Of a stretch of 35,445 bases of DNA, positions 20,301 through 30,101 are shown piece after piece; position 1 is the first letter of the stretch; every line of letters starts with the position of its first letter. The notes under the pieces are model-generated. The model made no database searches. It was given only the letters and a program-made list of their open reading frames with translations, and was not told the DNA's origin. The DNA comes from Trichomonas gallinae (lineage: Eukaryota): NCBI GenBank assembly GCA_008369845.1, contig MRSU01009509.1, positions 1 through 35,445 on the forward strand, given 5' to 3'. The translations under genes were made by a program, and so were the position numbers.

Positions 20301-23300
20301 TTCAACAAATCAGAGGCAGTCGGTATAAACCTCTTGGAAGCCAGTGTAACAAAGAATTTGCATTACGAATTATGCGATTTCATCATTTCATGCGAATTAA
20401 AGAGCATCCAAGAAGCAACCAAGCACACTATATTCAGAGGCAACGGTATTCCTTCAAGATTGATTTCTTATTTCCCAAGATTATTCGGACAAGAGTGGCT
20501 AGACTCAAACTTCAAGCCAATGATCTTAAACATCATCACACAGATAGAGAAAGGCGTCAAATGCCAGATCAATCCTCAAAAAATAACAGATGGAAGCTCA
20601 TTGCAATTAAATCGCGAAAACTTCCACTCTATTCTAGTTAACACAATAGAAACACTACTGAATGCTTTGAGGAATCTGCCCGTTCCTATCATAAGAATGA
20701 CGCAAATGATTTATCACAGAATTAACCAGGAATACGAAGGTACTGGTTTGCAGATTGTTTACGGCTTCTTGTTCTTGAGATTTATCTTCCCCGCTTTCAC
20801 TGTCGCATCCATTCTCGGTCTGCCTTCGAACATGAACGAAGATGCGAGGCAGTGCTTGATGACTATTTCCATTATCATGCTCGCGTCAATAACAAAAGGA
20901 AATCTTGACGAAAAAGGCGATTTTTACTTGCCATTCAATGAATTAGCCATGCATACACACGTTGAAATCGACAAAACTGTCACGTGGCTGATGACTTTGG
21001 ACTTGACTGACCAGAGCTACGAAGATTTTCCAATTGACAAGCTGAAGGTTATTGCTGGACTTCAAGGAGACTTGTGCGACATCATCAGGCCTCTAGAGAC
21101 AAAGGTTATGATGTACCCAGAAAGCGATCCAATTCGCAAATCAGCCGAGAAATTCATGTCTCTTTGCAAGGCATCAAGAGGCAGCGTTAACATGAACAAC
21201 GCAGTCATAAACAACTCAGTAGGAAGCTCACAAGCATTCAACAAGTTCATGGCATCGACATTCAAGAACGAGCCAATGGAGGCATTAAACAAATGGTTCT
21301 ACAAGGACAAAACACGAGAATCTTCAAACGTCGATTTATACATATTGGATAACACCAAGCTGCCAGAAGTATCTGATGTCAATGTCTTGGCTTACAAGAT
21401 TTTCGCGACAATTGCATCATCAGACAAATCTTTCTATGTTATTGCTGATTTTTCGAAATTCGAGAAAAACATTATTCCTAAATTCTCATCAATTCTCAAA
21501 TACAAGGAATTGGCTCCTTTGGCAATGAAGATGAACAATCAGGGAATCTTTGTCATTTGTGCTTGCGAAGATTTCACGTCATGGCTTTCGGAAAACAAAG
21601 ACAAAATGCTAACGAACAAATTCATATTCCCGAAGACTATGGAAGACATAACTAACAAGCTCGGATTCGAGCCAACATTATCTCAAATGGGCATCGAATC
21701 ACTCAGCCCATACGAGTCAGTCCACACAGCGAGATACGAAGGCAACTTAGTCGCAGTGAGATTGCATCTAAACACAGTTCAAATCATCACGCCTATACTG
21801 GGAATTCCTAATGATCCGTTTTCGATTGTTATCATCAAATGGGACCAGATACAATCAGTGGAAAGAAACAATGAAGGATTCCAGTTCTTGTATAATCACA
21901 AACTTTATGTTTTGCAGACTATTGAAGGCTCCAACTTATATGCTTTGTTCGGTGCCGCTTATCATAGGGCAACAGTCAAACACTCAGTCTTAATCTCATT
22001 GGATCACAACACATTCCACTGGTTATTGCTGATCATCGCTTTCGCAAACATTGTTGACAATTGCAATGATCCTTCACTGAACTTTGCTGCCTTCCAAGTC
22101 ATCAATCACACTTATCTTGTATACGACTTCAAGAGAACAGCTTCTCCACTTAACTGCCCTGAGCATTTGATGCCACCATCTTGCAAGACAATGGTTGCGA
22201 CACTCAGCTGGGATCTTGCCAGAAACAATCCAGACCAGACAGCTCAGTTCATCTCAGAATACTTCAAGTCTGTGCAGAAACTGAATCAGACTGTTATTTC
22301 TGATACTGTTGTATTCCTCGCTCCATGGGTTGAGAATTTGCTGATCGAAAAAGCAGACTTGATAACATTGATGAAGGTCGTCAACTTCTATTTCGATTGC
22401 AAGCCTGCACAGATGATGTTCAACAACCTGATATGGTCAAAGTTCAGCGATGGACCAACAATGGAATTCTTGTTCGAATTCTTGTCGAGCTTGAATTCTA
22501 AGCATTCGCCAATTTTGATCAATTTCATCGCAAAACTCAACCTCAAGTTTTCATCTGAATATTGGACATTGCACTTCGACGATCCACTCGCACAGAGCGC
22601 AATTCATTCATTACTTATGGGCGACGCATTCTATGCTACTGCTGTTCCAGCACTTTTCTACAAGATCATTGCTCAAAGACACAAACTCGACAAAGAAGGA
22701 AGGATTTCGATGAGTAAATTATTGAACAACCTTCTCGCTATGCTTACATTGCACTGCAACTTCGACTGCCAGATGTCAATTTCAAAGATGGTTGAGTTGT
22801 ATATCAACTCTGACGAAAGTTCGGATTTCGAAAAGTTTGTTGAAGATACAACGGAATTCTGCTCAATGCTCGGTGCGACATTGGGTGCTATGGGAATGTT
22901 CTCAATCAGAGTCGAATTATACAAACAGTTCGAGTCTCAGTTATTCAAGAACCACGATTTCTATTCCACTGCAATCTCAGCAATTTTCTGCTGCGGCTTA
23001 TTCATGGGCGTCGCTGATCAACTCGTTTGCTTAGTCTTGAGGTTCATCCATTTCGGTGAGCACAAGTCAAACATTGTTTTGTGCCACTCATTCTCATTAT
23101 TAGAACTCTCGGAAAGACTTTGCGCTTGCTTCATTATTATCTCGATAATTATTCTCTTTAACTCTAAAATCAAAGGCGCAATGAAGCTGTTGAGCAGGGT
23201 AGTTTATGAGAATTCTGTGAACTTAATGATGTACATTCCACAGTCAATTTCATTGTCAGAGTACATGCAGATCCCATTAATACACAGGCCGATATTTTCA

Positions 23301-23780
23301 TTAGCTTTAATCGCAGCTGCTTTTGATGAAAGTGACACAACAAGAGAAATGGTTTTGAGGATGCATGTTTACGATGCAGCAATGGGTGTTTTAAGCGTGC
23401 AGTACAGACCAGAGAATATCGTGCACGTTGAGAATCTCGACTGGGGAGAAGATTGGGTGACAGTTGCTGCATTGTCTCTAGCCTGCTTCATGAGGCACCC
23501 AGAAGTGGAGGAAACGTTCATGCTCGTTAAGAAATATATACAGAGAAATGACTTGGCGTTCGGATGCTTCAACTGGTACAAAGAGTTCGAGAAAAGAAAC
23601 ATCACGAAGTACTTCGATGACGATTTCAAGATGTTTGAGATCCAGAAAATCAATCCAACACCACAGCAGAGATCATATCTCAATCCATTAATCGCACAGC
23701 TCTTCAGCGAGAACAAGTTGCCACTCATTCCAGAAGAGAATGCATTGAAGCTGATCAACGAGCTCGTCGCTACATTCTAA
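17316..23780 (+). CDS. NF1: Neurofibromin/Ira-like RasGAP, 2154 aa
   Basis: GAP domain with arginine finger IFRGN and FLFLRFIFPA, then Sec14-like (FYVIADFS) and PH-like segments. NF1-type downstream blocks follow: LLLIIAFANI....DPSLNFAAF and LSWDLARNNPDQTAQFISE...FLAPWVENL. Confidence 0.85.
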   Translation: MQGFAKVINHYFELLESSITRICEREASKNRSTQLDPDKILKDNFNEGCIVILNLCPGDFEEILALLVNKIVETGSVSSNNLQKADEVKFTTYCALARLCMDHVSMEKVFNSLTEPILLKITMLSIHLFSDINCQYSDYSRKAYTQLFSFIGDHCDQIYQILLFKLKSEFKKPADPLEFQNALNPFIRLSSNPRSLAKILSLLTPIIKDTPDNCKPCLSQSIVDMVLSAIRYKPMEMYDFFQEGNDLKNAANLIPRLTEWDQRRYGISFIAKCALFPMFPAAMANSFFAEEFDSIIFEISKADYISGFLDTFFKAINTGFYFVSQTKSFDVFGRYTRTFFTTVMDFIERAIKRLLEAKDNNTRALLVHYGLALYFHDNNLFCSRFLPILISSTLPSNGHFVCKFISHLCRHTDLYKYPIELSKGIITVLDLITSDKAYSPHIIHVYKGFTKCPQFFENIMRTDHSVLTNVIKSAYDHNSYQLCLAFLKFFEPSRMKIMHLDIQMLQCIVSITSTFSSLTVLSALHQSTTFIEYIPEVLLQIAQFMFASLSEIPLSELETSAHEKELKGILNNLEVTALSLMVTSRPHVCKVAVAIIGEILNILRQANLYQNTTSPIEAYQALVTNCKNRSSVQAMDSYFMKSLMLIQKPSSVIHTVWNTIFSYFNSLLNVIAQEKCMMDMPVQRIKKDSSTLHDELPNVLSLLLSLILPSKENTINIIHNFIKYDDFVGQVATDCLSTALLPAFYTTIAKLMVNTLNSMKSTTGNFESNNANNIYVKHAVKVMRNILRHPYYDDNPIDLKTVAKFVMDSTAYCNSLSLIDFHVLCGHLIIAFINRHGRNVDISSKKVLANTLGLWITKPDFQISNKSATTILIDALTLLLEGIEFDQDQKEQKFKYYVSIAHMVLKEQPKLKDHCQRMLTSLFRKNFELAIANSMSDFFSTSILARVAFLSAIATVLKNPEPVMEQKEETKEEDFIDILFETRFQLIDTIIDLVPFNKSEAVGINLLEASVTKNLHYELCDFIISCELKSIQEATKHTIFRGNGIPSRLISYFPRLFGQEWLDSNFKPMILNIITQIEKGVKCQINPQKITDGSSLQLNRENFHSILVNTIETLLNALRNLPVPIIRMTQMIYHRINQEYEGTGLQIVYGFLFLRFIFPAFTVASILGLPSNMNEDARQCLMTISIIMLASITKGNLDEKGDFYLPFNELAMHTHVEIDKTVTWLMTLDLTDQSYEDFPIDKLKVIAGLQGDLCDIIRPLETKVMMYPESDPIRKSAEKFMSLCKASRGSVNMNNAVINNSVGSSQAFNKFMASTFKNEPMEALNKWFYKDKTRESSNVDLYILDNTKLPEVSDVNVLAYKIFATIASSDKSFYVIADFSKFEKNIIPKFSSILKYKELAPLAMKMNNQGIFVICACEDFTSWLSENKDKMLTNKFIFPKTMEDITNKLGFEPTLSQMGIESLSPYESVHTARYEGNLVAVRLHLNTVQIITPILGIPNDPFSIVIIKWDQIQSVERNNEGFQFLYNHKLYVLQTIEGSNLYALFGAAYHRATVKHSVLISLDHNTFHWLLLIIAFANIVDNCNDPSLNFAAFQVINHTYLVYDFKRTASPLNCPEHLMPPSCKTMVATLSWDLARNNPDQTAQFISEYFKSVQKLNQTVISDTVVFLAPWVENLLIEKADLITLMKVVNFYFDCKPAQMMFNNLIWSKFSDGPTMEFLFEFLSSLNSKHSPILINFIAKLNLKFSSEYWTLHFDDPLAQSAIHSLLMGDAFYATAVPALFYKIIAQRHKLDKEGRISMSKLLNNLLAMLTLHCNFDCQMSISKMVELYINSDESSDFEKFVEDTTEFCSMLGATLGAMGMFSIRVELYKQFESQLFKNHDFYSTAISAIFCCGLFMGVADQLVCLVLRFIHFGEHKSNIVLCHSFSLLELSERLCACFIIISIIILFNSKIKGAMKLLSRVVYENSVNLMMYIPQSISLSEYMQIPLIHRPIFSLALIAAAFDESDTTREMVLRMHVYDAAMGVLSVQYRPENIVHVENLDWGEDWVTVAALSLACFMRHPEVEETFMLVKKYIQRNDLAFGCFNWYKEFEKRNITKYFDDDFKMFEIQKINPTPQQRSYLNPLIAQLFSENKLPLIPEENALKLINELVATF

Positions 23781-24172
23781 CTGTTTTATTACACTTTTCT
23801 TATATTCTTATTTGTTTATATTATATTAGAATTTTACTTTCGGTAATCATTTTAATAAAATTTATCTATTGTTTTGACTTAGTAACGTTTTATCGCAGCT
23901 TATAAAAGATAAAATATGCAGCGATAAGTGAAATTTTAAGCAAGAAATACTTTTTAATAAGGGAGATTCCTCAGTCCCAAAAACGATTATTTTCCCCAGA
24001 CTTCCAGGCATAATGATGCGATAAAATCGCTCTTTCTCGTTCATCACACCTTATCGGAATTTTTCAAGGTGTTTTACTGCTTAAAAATCACAGACTCCGA
24101 ATGTTCTTTTGTGACTGATTCCGAGATGTTTATAACAAAAATATAACATTTATTACATAAAACACAAATCTA

Positions 24173-25321
24173 TTAATTTTCTTTATCGGATCCATCTTCA
24201 TTGACGTCGAAGCGTGCGTCATCACCGATTTCACCGAGAACGTCCAACAATTCGTCAATTTTATCATATCTATTGACAGACTGCGGCAACAATCTGGCAG
24301 ACTCATCTTTGCTTTCTCCTGTCTGGAAAATTGTTTGAAACAGTGCATAAGCGCCAATGAATGTGATTTCGAGAGATTCTGACAAAAATGACTCTCTAAA
24401 GTCATCATTGAAGTTTCTAAGAACTTTCATTAAGTAAGCAATTGACAAAGCAATCATTCCGCTCATTATATGAATTGTCAATGCGAATTTTCCGGATGTG
24501 CTGCCTGCTCTAAACAAAAACCAGCAGGCAATGAAAGGCACAAACGAAAAACCGATCATTGAAAGTAAAAACATGAAATTTGGAAATGAAAATCTGCAAA
24601 ATGTTTGAAATGCTGTTGTAATGAATAGGATAACGGCTGGAGCGATCATTATATTTCTATAAAACGTGCTTTGCGAGCGAACAAGTGGTGCATATTCGGC
24701 AAATAATTCTACACTTGCTCTCCACCAGCCAAGAGCTGAAATAATGTAGTGAATAATCGAAATACTCGGTATAAGCGTGTAAAATATCATAACAGGATCG
24801 AGTATTAACATGCAAGAAATCAGAGTAATCAACGTTGAACGCATAATCGAGAAGTTTTTGTTGTGTGAAAATAGAATGTAAAATGTTCCACCAAGAGCAC
24901 CAAGAAAAATGAGTCTAAGAAGGACAATGAAGAGAGAATTCAATGGTTGATATCTTTTAACCCAGAAACTGCATTTTTCATTGCGTGGCCAGACTTCTAT
25001 CGTCATGCTGTTGCATAATGTCAATAATCCGATGTTGTATTCCCCAGAAAGTGAAATCACGTAATCATTAACTTTAGCTTCTTCACCGCACCAAATGGAT
25101 AAATACGACGTGTTGTCGACCAGTGGGTACGGCTCGATGTAAACTGGAAGCATTGCTGCAGAAATTCCGCCAACTTTTATCGAATATCCTCTATTTGAAG
25201 GCGTAAAGGGAAGAGATTCTATTTTTGGGCCCATCATGAAAGCTCCAGCATTCAACGCTATCAATGCTGCTAAGAAAACCACTACAAGGATGATTAAAGA
25301 GCGAAGCTTCCACTGGGTCAT
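24173..25321 (-). CDS. Multi-pass membrane protein, Wntless/TMEM181-like topology, about 382 aa
   Basis: One N-terminal TM, a lumenal domain, then about seven TMs with LRLIF and LILDPVMIF motifs. Start set at ATG 25321 after TCACA; upstream in-frame ATGs are possible alternatives. Confidence 0.6.
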   Translation of the reverse strand: MTQWKLRSLIILVVVFLAALIALNAGAFMMGPKIESLPFTPSNRGYSIKVGGISAAMLPVYIEPYPLVDNTSYLSIWCGEEAKVNDYVISLSGEYNIGLLTLCNSMTIEVWPRNEKCSFWVKRYQPLNSLFIVLLRLIFLGALGGTFYILFSHNKNFSIMRSTLITLISCMLILDPVMIFYTLIPSISIIHYIISALGWWRASVELFAEYAPLVRSQSTFYRNIMIAPAVILFITTAFQTFCRFSFPNFMFLLSMIGFSFVPFIACWFLFRAGSTSGKFALTIHIMSGMIALSIAYLMKVLRNFNDDFRESFLSESLEITFIGAYALFQTIFQTGESKDESARLLPQSVNRYDKIDELLDVLGEIGDDARFDVNEDGSDKEN

Positions 25322-25417
25322 TTTTTTGTGATTTCTCACGTTTAAAAAATCATTTAATTGCAACCTGCTCATCATAAGAATACCAAATAACAAATCATTT
25401 TCGAATTCTCGAAATTT

Positions 25418-25509
25418 TGTCACGTAAATTGTCAATTTGACATATATTTTCTAAAATTTTGTCATGTAAAGCAATAATTTGATATTTTCGTCAAAATATG
25501 TCATGTAAA
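25418..25509 (-). promoter_or_regulatory. Cluster of TTTACRTGACA motifs upstream of the membrane-protein gene
   Basis: TGTCACGTAAA 25418, TGTCATGTAAA 25460 and 25499 on + strand; a further copy at 25690. Confidence 0.6.
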
Positions 25510-25958
25510 TGTTTTTACATATCAATTTTTCTTTCTATGAGTTTTTTTGTTGCAACAAAATGCGATATCAACAAATAAAGAATTCCATATATGGATATCA
25601 TAATGCGCATTGCTCACATGTATTAGGTATCTCATGGGGTAAATGCGTTTATATTTTCATCTAATTATGTTTAAATTTTTTCAAAAATCTGTCATGTAAA
25701 ATATTTTTTTGACAATTTCAAATCTGATATTGATTAATGAGTATTCAACAAATGAATAGCTCCATATCATAACAGAATGTATTTGCAATCCATGCATTTA
25801 GAATTCTTTGGTCATTGCTATTAAATCATGGATTTTTGAAAATTTAATATTTATATAATAAACATTACGTAGATATAATATAACAATCATCATAAATCGC
25901 ATATAATCTGTAGTATATACTTGATCGAATTCAAGAATAATTATCTATGAAGAAGAAA

Positions 25959-26303
25959 TTAATCTTCTTCCATAGATAAACCATCCGAAATGTTCTCTTG
26001 GAACTTTTCGTTGTTGATTTTTACGTCTGAATTAGGCTTTTCATCTGGTTTGGTATCGACTGATTTCAATAGTTGTTCAATTCTTTCCAAATCTACTTCA
26101 ATATCGGAAGAATCGGAACTAAATGTCAATGCAGCAAAATTAACAGGCTCTGGACCAACAAGAAGAGGAACAGCATCCTGAACCTTATTATTTGAAGCAG
26201 TAGTACTTGGCGCAGGCTCATTACTCAAGTTTGGATCAGCAACAGACACTGATTCTAATACTGGTTCTCCTGGAGGCTTCTCTTTACTGCATAAGCAGCC
26301 CAT
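25959..26303 (-). CDS. Small acidic protein with predicted N-myristoylation/palmitoylation, 114 aa
   Basis: Begins MGCLCSKEK at ATG 26303 after a TCATA initiator; low-complexity acidic body. Confidence 0.75.
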   Translation of the reverse strand: MGCLCSKEKPPGEPVLESVSVADPNLSNEPAPSTTASNNKVQDAVPLLVGPEPVNFAALTFSSDSSDIEVDLERIEQLLKSVDTKPDEKPNSDVKINNEKFQENISDGLSMEED

Positions 26304-26533
26304 AATAAAATATGACAAAAAATTAAACTTTACATGACAAATGTATTATTTTGTTATATTATATCTGACATTTGACATTTTACAATGTCAGAAGTTTCAA
26401 AAATCATTTAGATCTTCATAATTAACACAAACTCACTGTGTTTTAAGTTCATAGCAAAAAAACAGACAATGATATTAAAATTTCAACATGAAATAATTTA
26501 AAATTGCTTTATAAAAAAATAGTAAAATAGTGT

Positions 26534-27190
26534 TTACTTGGCTGGTCTGAAAATGAAATAAAGGAAAACGCCAGAAGCAATAATGAGGATAATAATTAAG
26601 ATAATCATGAAAATTGTACGGCGTGTATTTCTGCAAATCATTCTATCAATGATGCTATTGCCTGTATCAACATCTGTGTCCAAAGAGTTAAGTTCGTCAT
26701 CGATATGTTGAATCTTGCCACGCTGGTTAGCGAGTTCGCCGAGAATGTTAACGCCTGCATCATGACCTTGTGCAACTGATCTGCCAAGCTCTGTTGTAAG
26801 GTTGTCGCCTTCGTTGATAATACTTTGTTGATCGTATAATGATTGCATCTGTCCGGCCGAAGAACCGTCTGAACGAATAGAACCACCAAAGAGCGCATCA
26901 CGTTCACTACCTTTGCGTTTAGCATCAGTGTAATCATTTTGTAATTTCTTGTAGTCAGTCTTAATTTCGATTAAATATTTCTTTGCCATGTTTTTATCGT
27001 TGACATCGAACATGACAGCCTCCGATTCTAATTCGCTGATTGCTGCATCAAATTCTCCGAAAATAGCTTCGATCTTCTGCATTTTAACAGGACGCTCCTG
27101 AGAAGAATACTGTGGGAGATTGGAGACTGCGTTAGAAAGGTTCTTTCTGATCCTTTCGATCTCCTCACGCATTGAGTGAAAATCGCCCAT
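26534..27190 (-). CDS. VTI1: Qb-SNARE, Vti1-like
   Basis: N-terminal helical bundle, ERDALF linker, SNARE motif GVNILGELANQRGKI with zero-layer Q, C-terminal TM anchor. Confidence 0.8.
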   Translation of the reverse strand: MGDFHSMREEIERIRKNLSNAVSNLPQYSSQERPVKMQKIEAIFGEFDAAISELESEAVMFDVNDKNMAKKYLIEIKTDYKKLQNDYTDAKRKGSERDALFGGSIRSDGSSAGQMQSLYDQQSIINEGDNLTTELGRSVAQGHDAGVNILGELANQRGKIQHIDDELNSLDTDVDTGNSIIDRMICRNTRRTIFMIILIIILIIASGVFLYFIFRPAK

Positions 27191-27654
27191 TTTTTTTCTG
27201 TTTCGACGGCTTTATCGTCAAAAATCTGATTTTTATTTTCAACATCATCTATAAATTGTCTATGTTATACACTACAGATATACTAGGATTTTACTAGTCA
27301 ATTATAGTCAAAATCTTGAATTTTTGATCCAAATTGTATTTGATCAATGTTATATTTGGATTTTTGGAATGAATAATCTGAATATATTGTACATATTCAG
27401 TAATATAGTATATATCTTTAGTTACAAAAGGGAGTAAACTAATAATAAAATTCCGAACATAAATTTCTTGTTTTTGGAGGAAAATCTACAAAGTTTGGAT
27501 CTGCAGCATAAGTAGCTTCTCCTACCAAGCAATAAAAATAATTAAGAGCTGTTTCAAGAACCTCGCAAAATTCAATGAGGTGTTGCAACAACAGCAAATG
27601 ATAATGCATTCTAACATTTAAGCAAATGAAATTGCAGCCTATTCACTGAGTTTA

Positions 27655-27772
27655 ATGTTCGGGATAGATTAGGTGATTAGAACTGAAGAAGCCTAGTAGG
27701 TAAACATCAAATTCTTTTTTATGTTCGGCATAGATTAGGAAAGGTGATTAGAACTGAACAAGCCTAGTAGGT
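27655..27772. repeat. Direct repeat of about 50 bp (two copies, 66-bp offset)
   Basis: ATGTTCGG.ATAGATTAGG(AAAGG)TGATTAGAACTGAA.AAGCCTAGTAGGT at 27655-27701 and 27721-27772. Confidence 0.9.
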
Positions 27773-27811
27773 CCAAGAGCAAAAGCTTCTTGATGGATAA
27801 AATAGGGAGCA

Positions 27812-27900
27812 CCCTTTTTTATGAAATGCCCCTTTTTATTAAGGTCAACCCCTTTCATTATATGTAAACCCCTCTCTTAAAAAGGTAAACCCTATTTATT
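27812..27900. repeat. Five-copy ~20-bp CCCT(T) tandem array
   Basis: CCCT at 27812, 27830, 27850, 27870 and 27890; unit about GGTAAACCCCTTTYATTAWA. Confidence 0.75.
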
Positions 27901-28507
27901 CGATTTATAAGCTTACAAATGGGTATTAATAAAACGTGGATTAGTTTTACAATTATGATATAAAATATAAACCATTCAATATTTCAATAGTGTAAAATTT
28001 TGATAATTTTTTTATGAAAATATATTTACTATATAACATATTTAGAATTTTCCATTTTCGGATAAAATCAATTTCAAAGGGAGTTTTATTGAATTTTATG
28101 AACAAAAAAAAACTGCAACCAAATTCTATATTTTGTTACCATATTGATCAGTATGTATTGCAAAGGAATTTCATTATAATGATCGCACATATTGCATTTT
28201 TCATCGGATTTTCCACATGTATTGTTGCAAAGACCCTTATTCACTCATTAATAATCTAGTTATAACAAATTATTTCATAAAACTCAAAATCTCTAAAAGA
28301 AAATTTTCATTATTGTCAAAATTTCGTATTTTTCAATTTTACTCTAAATTTCTACATAAAGAAGCATGTGCTTGTCAATATTTTCGTTTCAAACCAGATT
28401 TTTATTTCGTGTATTTTCAATTCTTATTTTTTCTAAATATTTAGCTTTTCTTTGAGTGAATTAGACTGAATTTCGATTTTTACAAATTATAAAATTTTTA
28501 TAGGTTG

Positions 28508-28512
28508 TCACT
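28508..28512 (+). promoter_or_regulatory. Initiator (Inr) of the CAMK gene
   Basis: TCACT about 20 nt upstream of ATG 28530. Confidence 0.55.
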
Positions 28513-28529
28513 TTTAAATTTTAAACATA

Positions 28530-29726
28530 ATGGAAAACATTCAAATTGTAGAGCCACCACAGATAGGCCCTTACAAGTTTCGTGGAACAGTAGGCGACGG
28601 TGCATTTTCTGTTGTCAAGCTTGTGAAAAACATAGAAAATAACCAATATTATGCATGCAAGATTGTTCCGAAAGCGAGACTGAACACAATTCATTTAGAG
28701 AAACGCTTCGAAATAGAAATCAGAATCGCACAACAGATGCATCATCCTGGTATCGTTGAATTATGCGACTTATTGAAAGATGATAACAATTATTACATTA
28801 TAATGGAATTTTGTCCTAACGGAGAGCTATTTCAGTTCATTGTCGACAGGAATAACCTCTCAGAGGATGAAGCCAAACCGTTATTTCGACAAATTCTCGA
28901 AGCTTTGCAGTACGTTCATTCTCATGGTGTTAGCCACAGAGATCTTAAGCCAGAGAATCTGCTCATTGATAATTTGGGCCGTATTAAAATTTCGGATTTT
29001 GGTCTCTCAATTTTCGTGGACAAAAATGGTCTCGTTAAAACTCCATGCGGTTCACCATGCTATGCATCCCCTGAGTGCATTTCTGGTCAGCCATATGATG
29101 GAATGACAACAGATGTCTGGAGTGCGGGAGTAATTCTTTACGCCATGCTCACAGGCCAACTTCCATGGAAAAAGAGGAATCAGGCCCAGTTGTTCAAACA
29201 GATCAAGTCTGGTGATTATACAATACCTGAAGAGTTGTCTGATGAAGCTGCAAGTATGCTAAGAAGACTGCTTACCGTAGACCCTAAGGCACGCATTACG
29301 ATCGAAGAGGCCTTCGAGCATCCATGGCTTAAGGATTGTGATTCACAATACCCAAGAAATCGCCAGATAACTCATCACGTCAACATTATGAAGGTTGACT
29401 ACTTCTTTGACAGAATGATTTCGAATCTCAACGTCAATGAGAGTCAGATTCTCACACATTCAATGGAAAATCTCACATTCAATGCAACAGCAAAAATCTT
29501 GAACGCTTCAGCACTTCCAAAAATCCACACAAGGACTTCACAGATACAAGAACGTCCGAAGAGCAAGGAGGTCAAGAAGAACTCGGCTTTAACGAAAGTT
29601 ATATCGAGACAAGCATCGAAGAAGAAGATTATGGCCAATCTTCCGATGATGCGGACATCAATGAAGTCTGTTACACGTGCTACAGTTCAAAAACCTGCTA
29701 CGAAGCCAAAGAAAATAGTTGTTTAA
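28530..29726 (+). CDS. CAMK-group (CAMKL/SNF1-like) Ser/Thr protein kinase with basic tail
   Basis: GDGAFSVV, ACK, HRDLKPEN, DFG, TPCGSPCYASPE, DVWSAG. Confidence 0.93.
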   Translation: MENIQIVEPPQIGPYKFRGTVGDGAFSVVKLVKNIENNQYYACKIVPKARLNTIHLEKRFEIEIRIAQQMHHPGIVELCDLLKDDNNYYIIMEFCPNGELFQFIVDRNNLSEDEAKPLFRQILEALQYVHSHGVSHRDLKPENLLIDNLGRIKISDFGLSIFVDKNGLVKTPCGSPCYASPECISGQPYDGMTTDVWSAGVILYAMLTGQLPWKKRNQAQLFKQIKSGDYTIPEELSDEAASMLRRLLTVDPKARITIEEAFEHPWLKDCDSQYPRNRQITHHVNIMKVDYFFDRMISNLNVNESQILTHSMENLTFNATAKILNASALPKIHTRTSQIQERPKSKEVKKNSALTKVISRQASKKKIMANLPMMRTSMKSVTRATVQKPATKPKKIVV

Positions 29727-30101
29727 TATTTTTTGCGTTGGATATTATGTTTTATACTAATAAAATCATTATTATTCATATACGTAGAGCTATTAACACA
29801 CACAGCTCACTAAATGTAGTTTATCTATCATATTATTTCTTTACACTTTTTTAAATGCATGACACAAAACGTCGTTAATACATAAATAGCTTCCTTAACA
29901 CTTTGCAATATCAAATTTACAATGCATAGTCGCTAATTAACAATTTTTTGTGATGTGATTATAATTTTCCAAATTTTTTGGCATTAATATACATAATTTA
30001 ATATAAAGTATTAATATATTTAAAACAAACATATGTAATCTACTGTTAATTACAACTAATTTGCAATATTTTTTCAAAATTATCAAATATTTTACTAATA
30101 T

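Noticed and set aside
18133..23758. Short alternative-frame and antisense ORFs nested in the NF1-like gene (and in other long genes)
   Set aside because: Expected shadow ORFs of codon-biased coding DNA; no independent signals.
23862..24047. 61-aa ORF between convergent genes
   Set aside because: Short, no recognisable motif or initiator.
28014..28444. Two AT-rich ORFs upstream of the second CAMK gene
   Set aside because: F/I/K/N-rich translation typical of non-coding AT DNA.
29792..29805. ATTAACACACACAG resembling the long-intron 3' motif ACTAACACACAG
   Set aside because: Mismatch in the branch site, wrong spacing, and located downstream of a stop codon.
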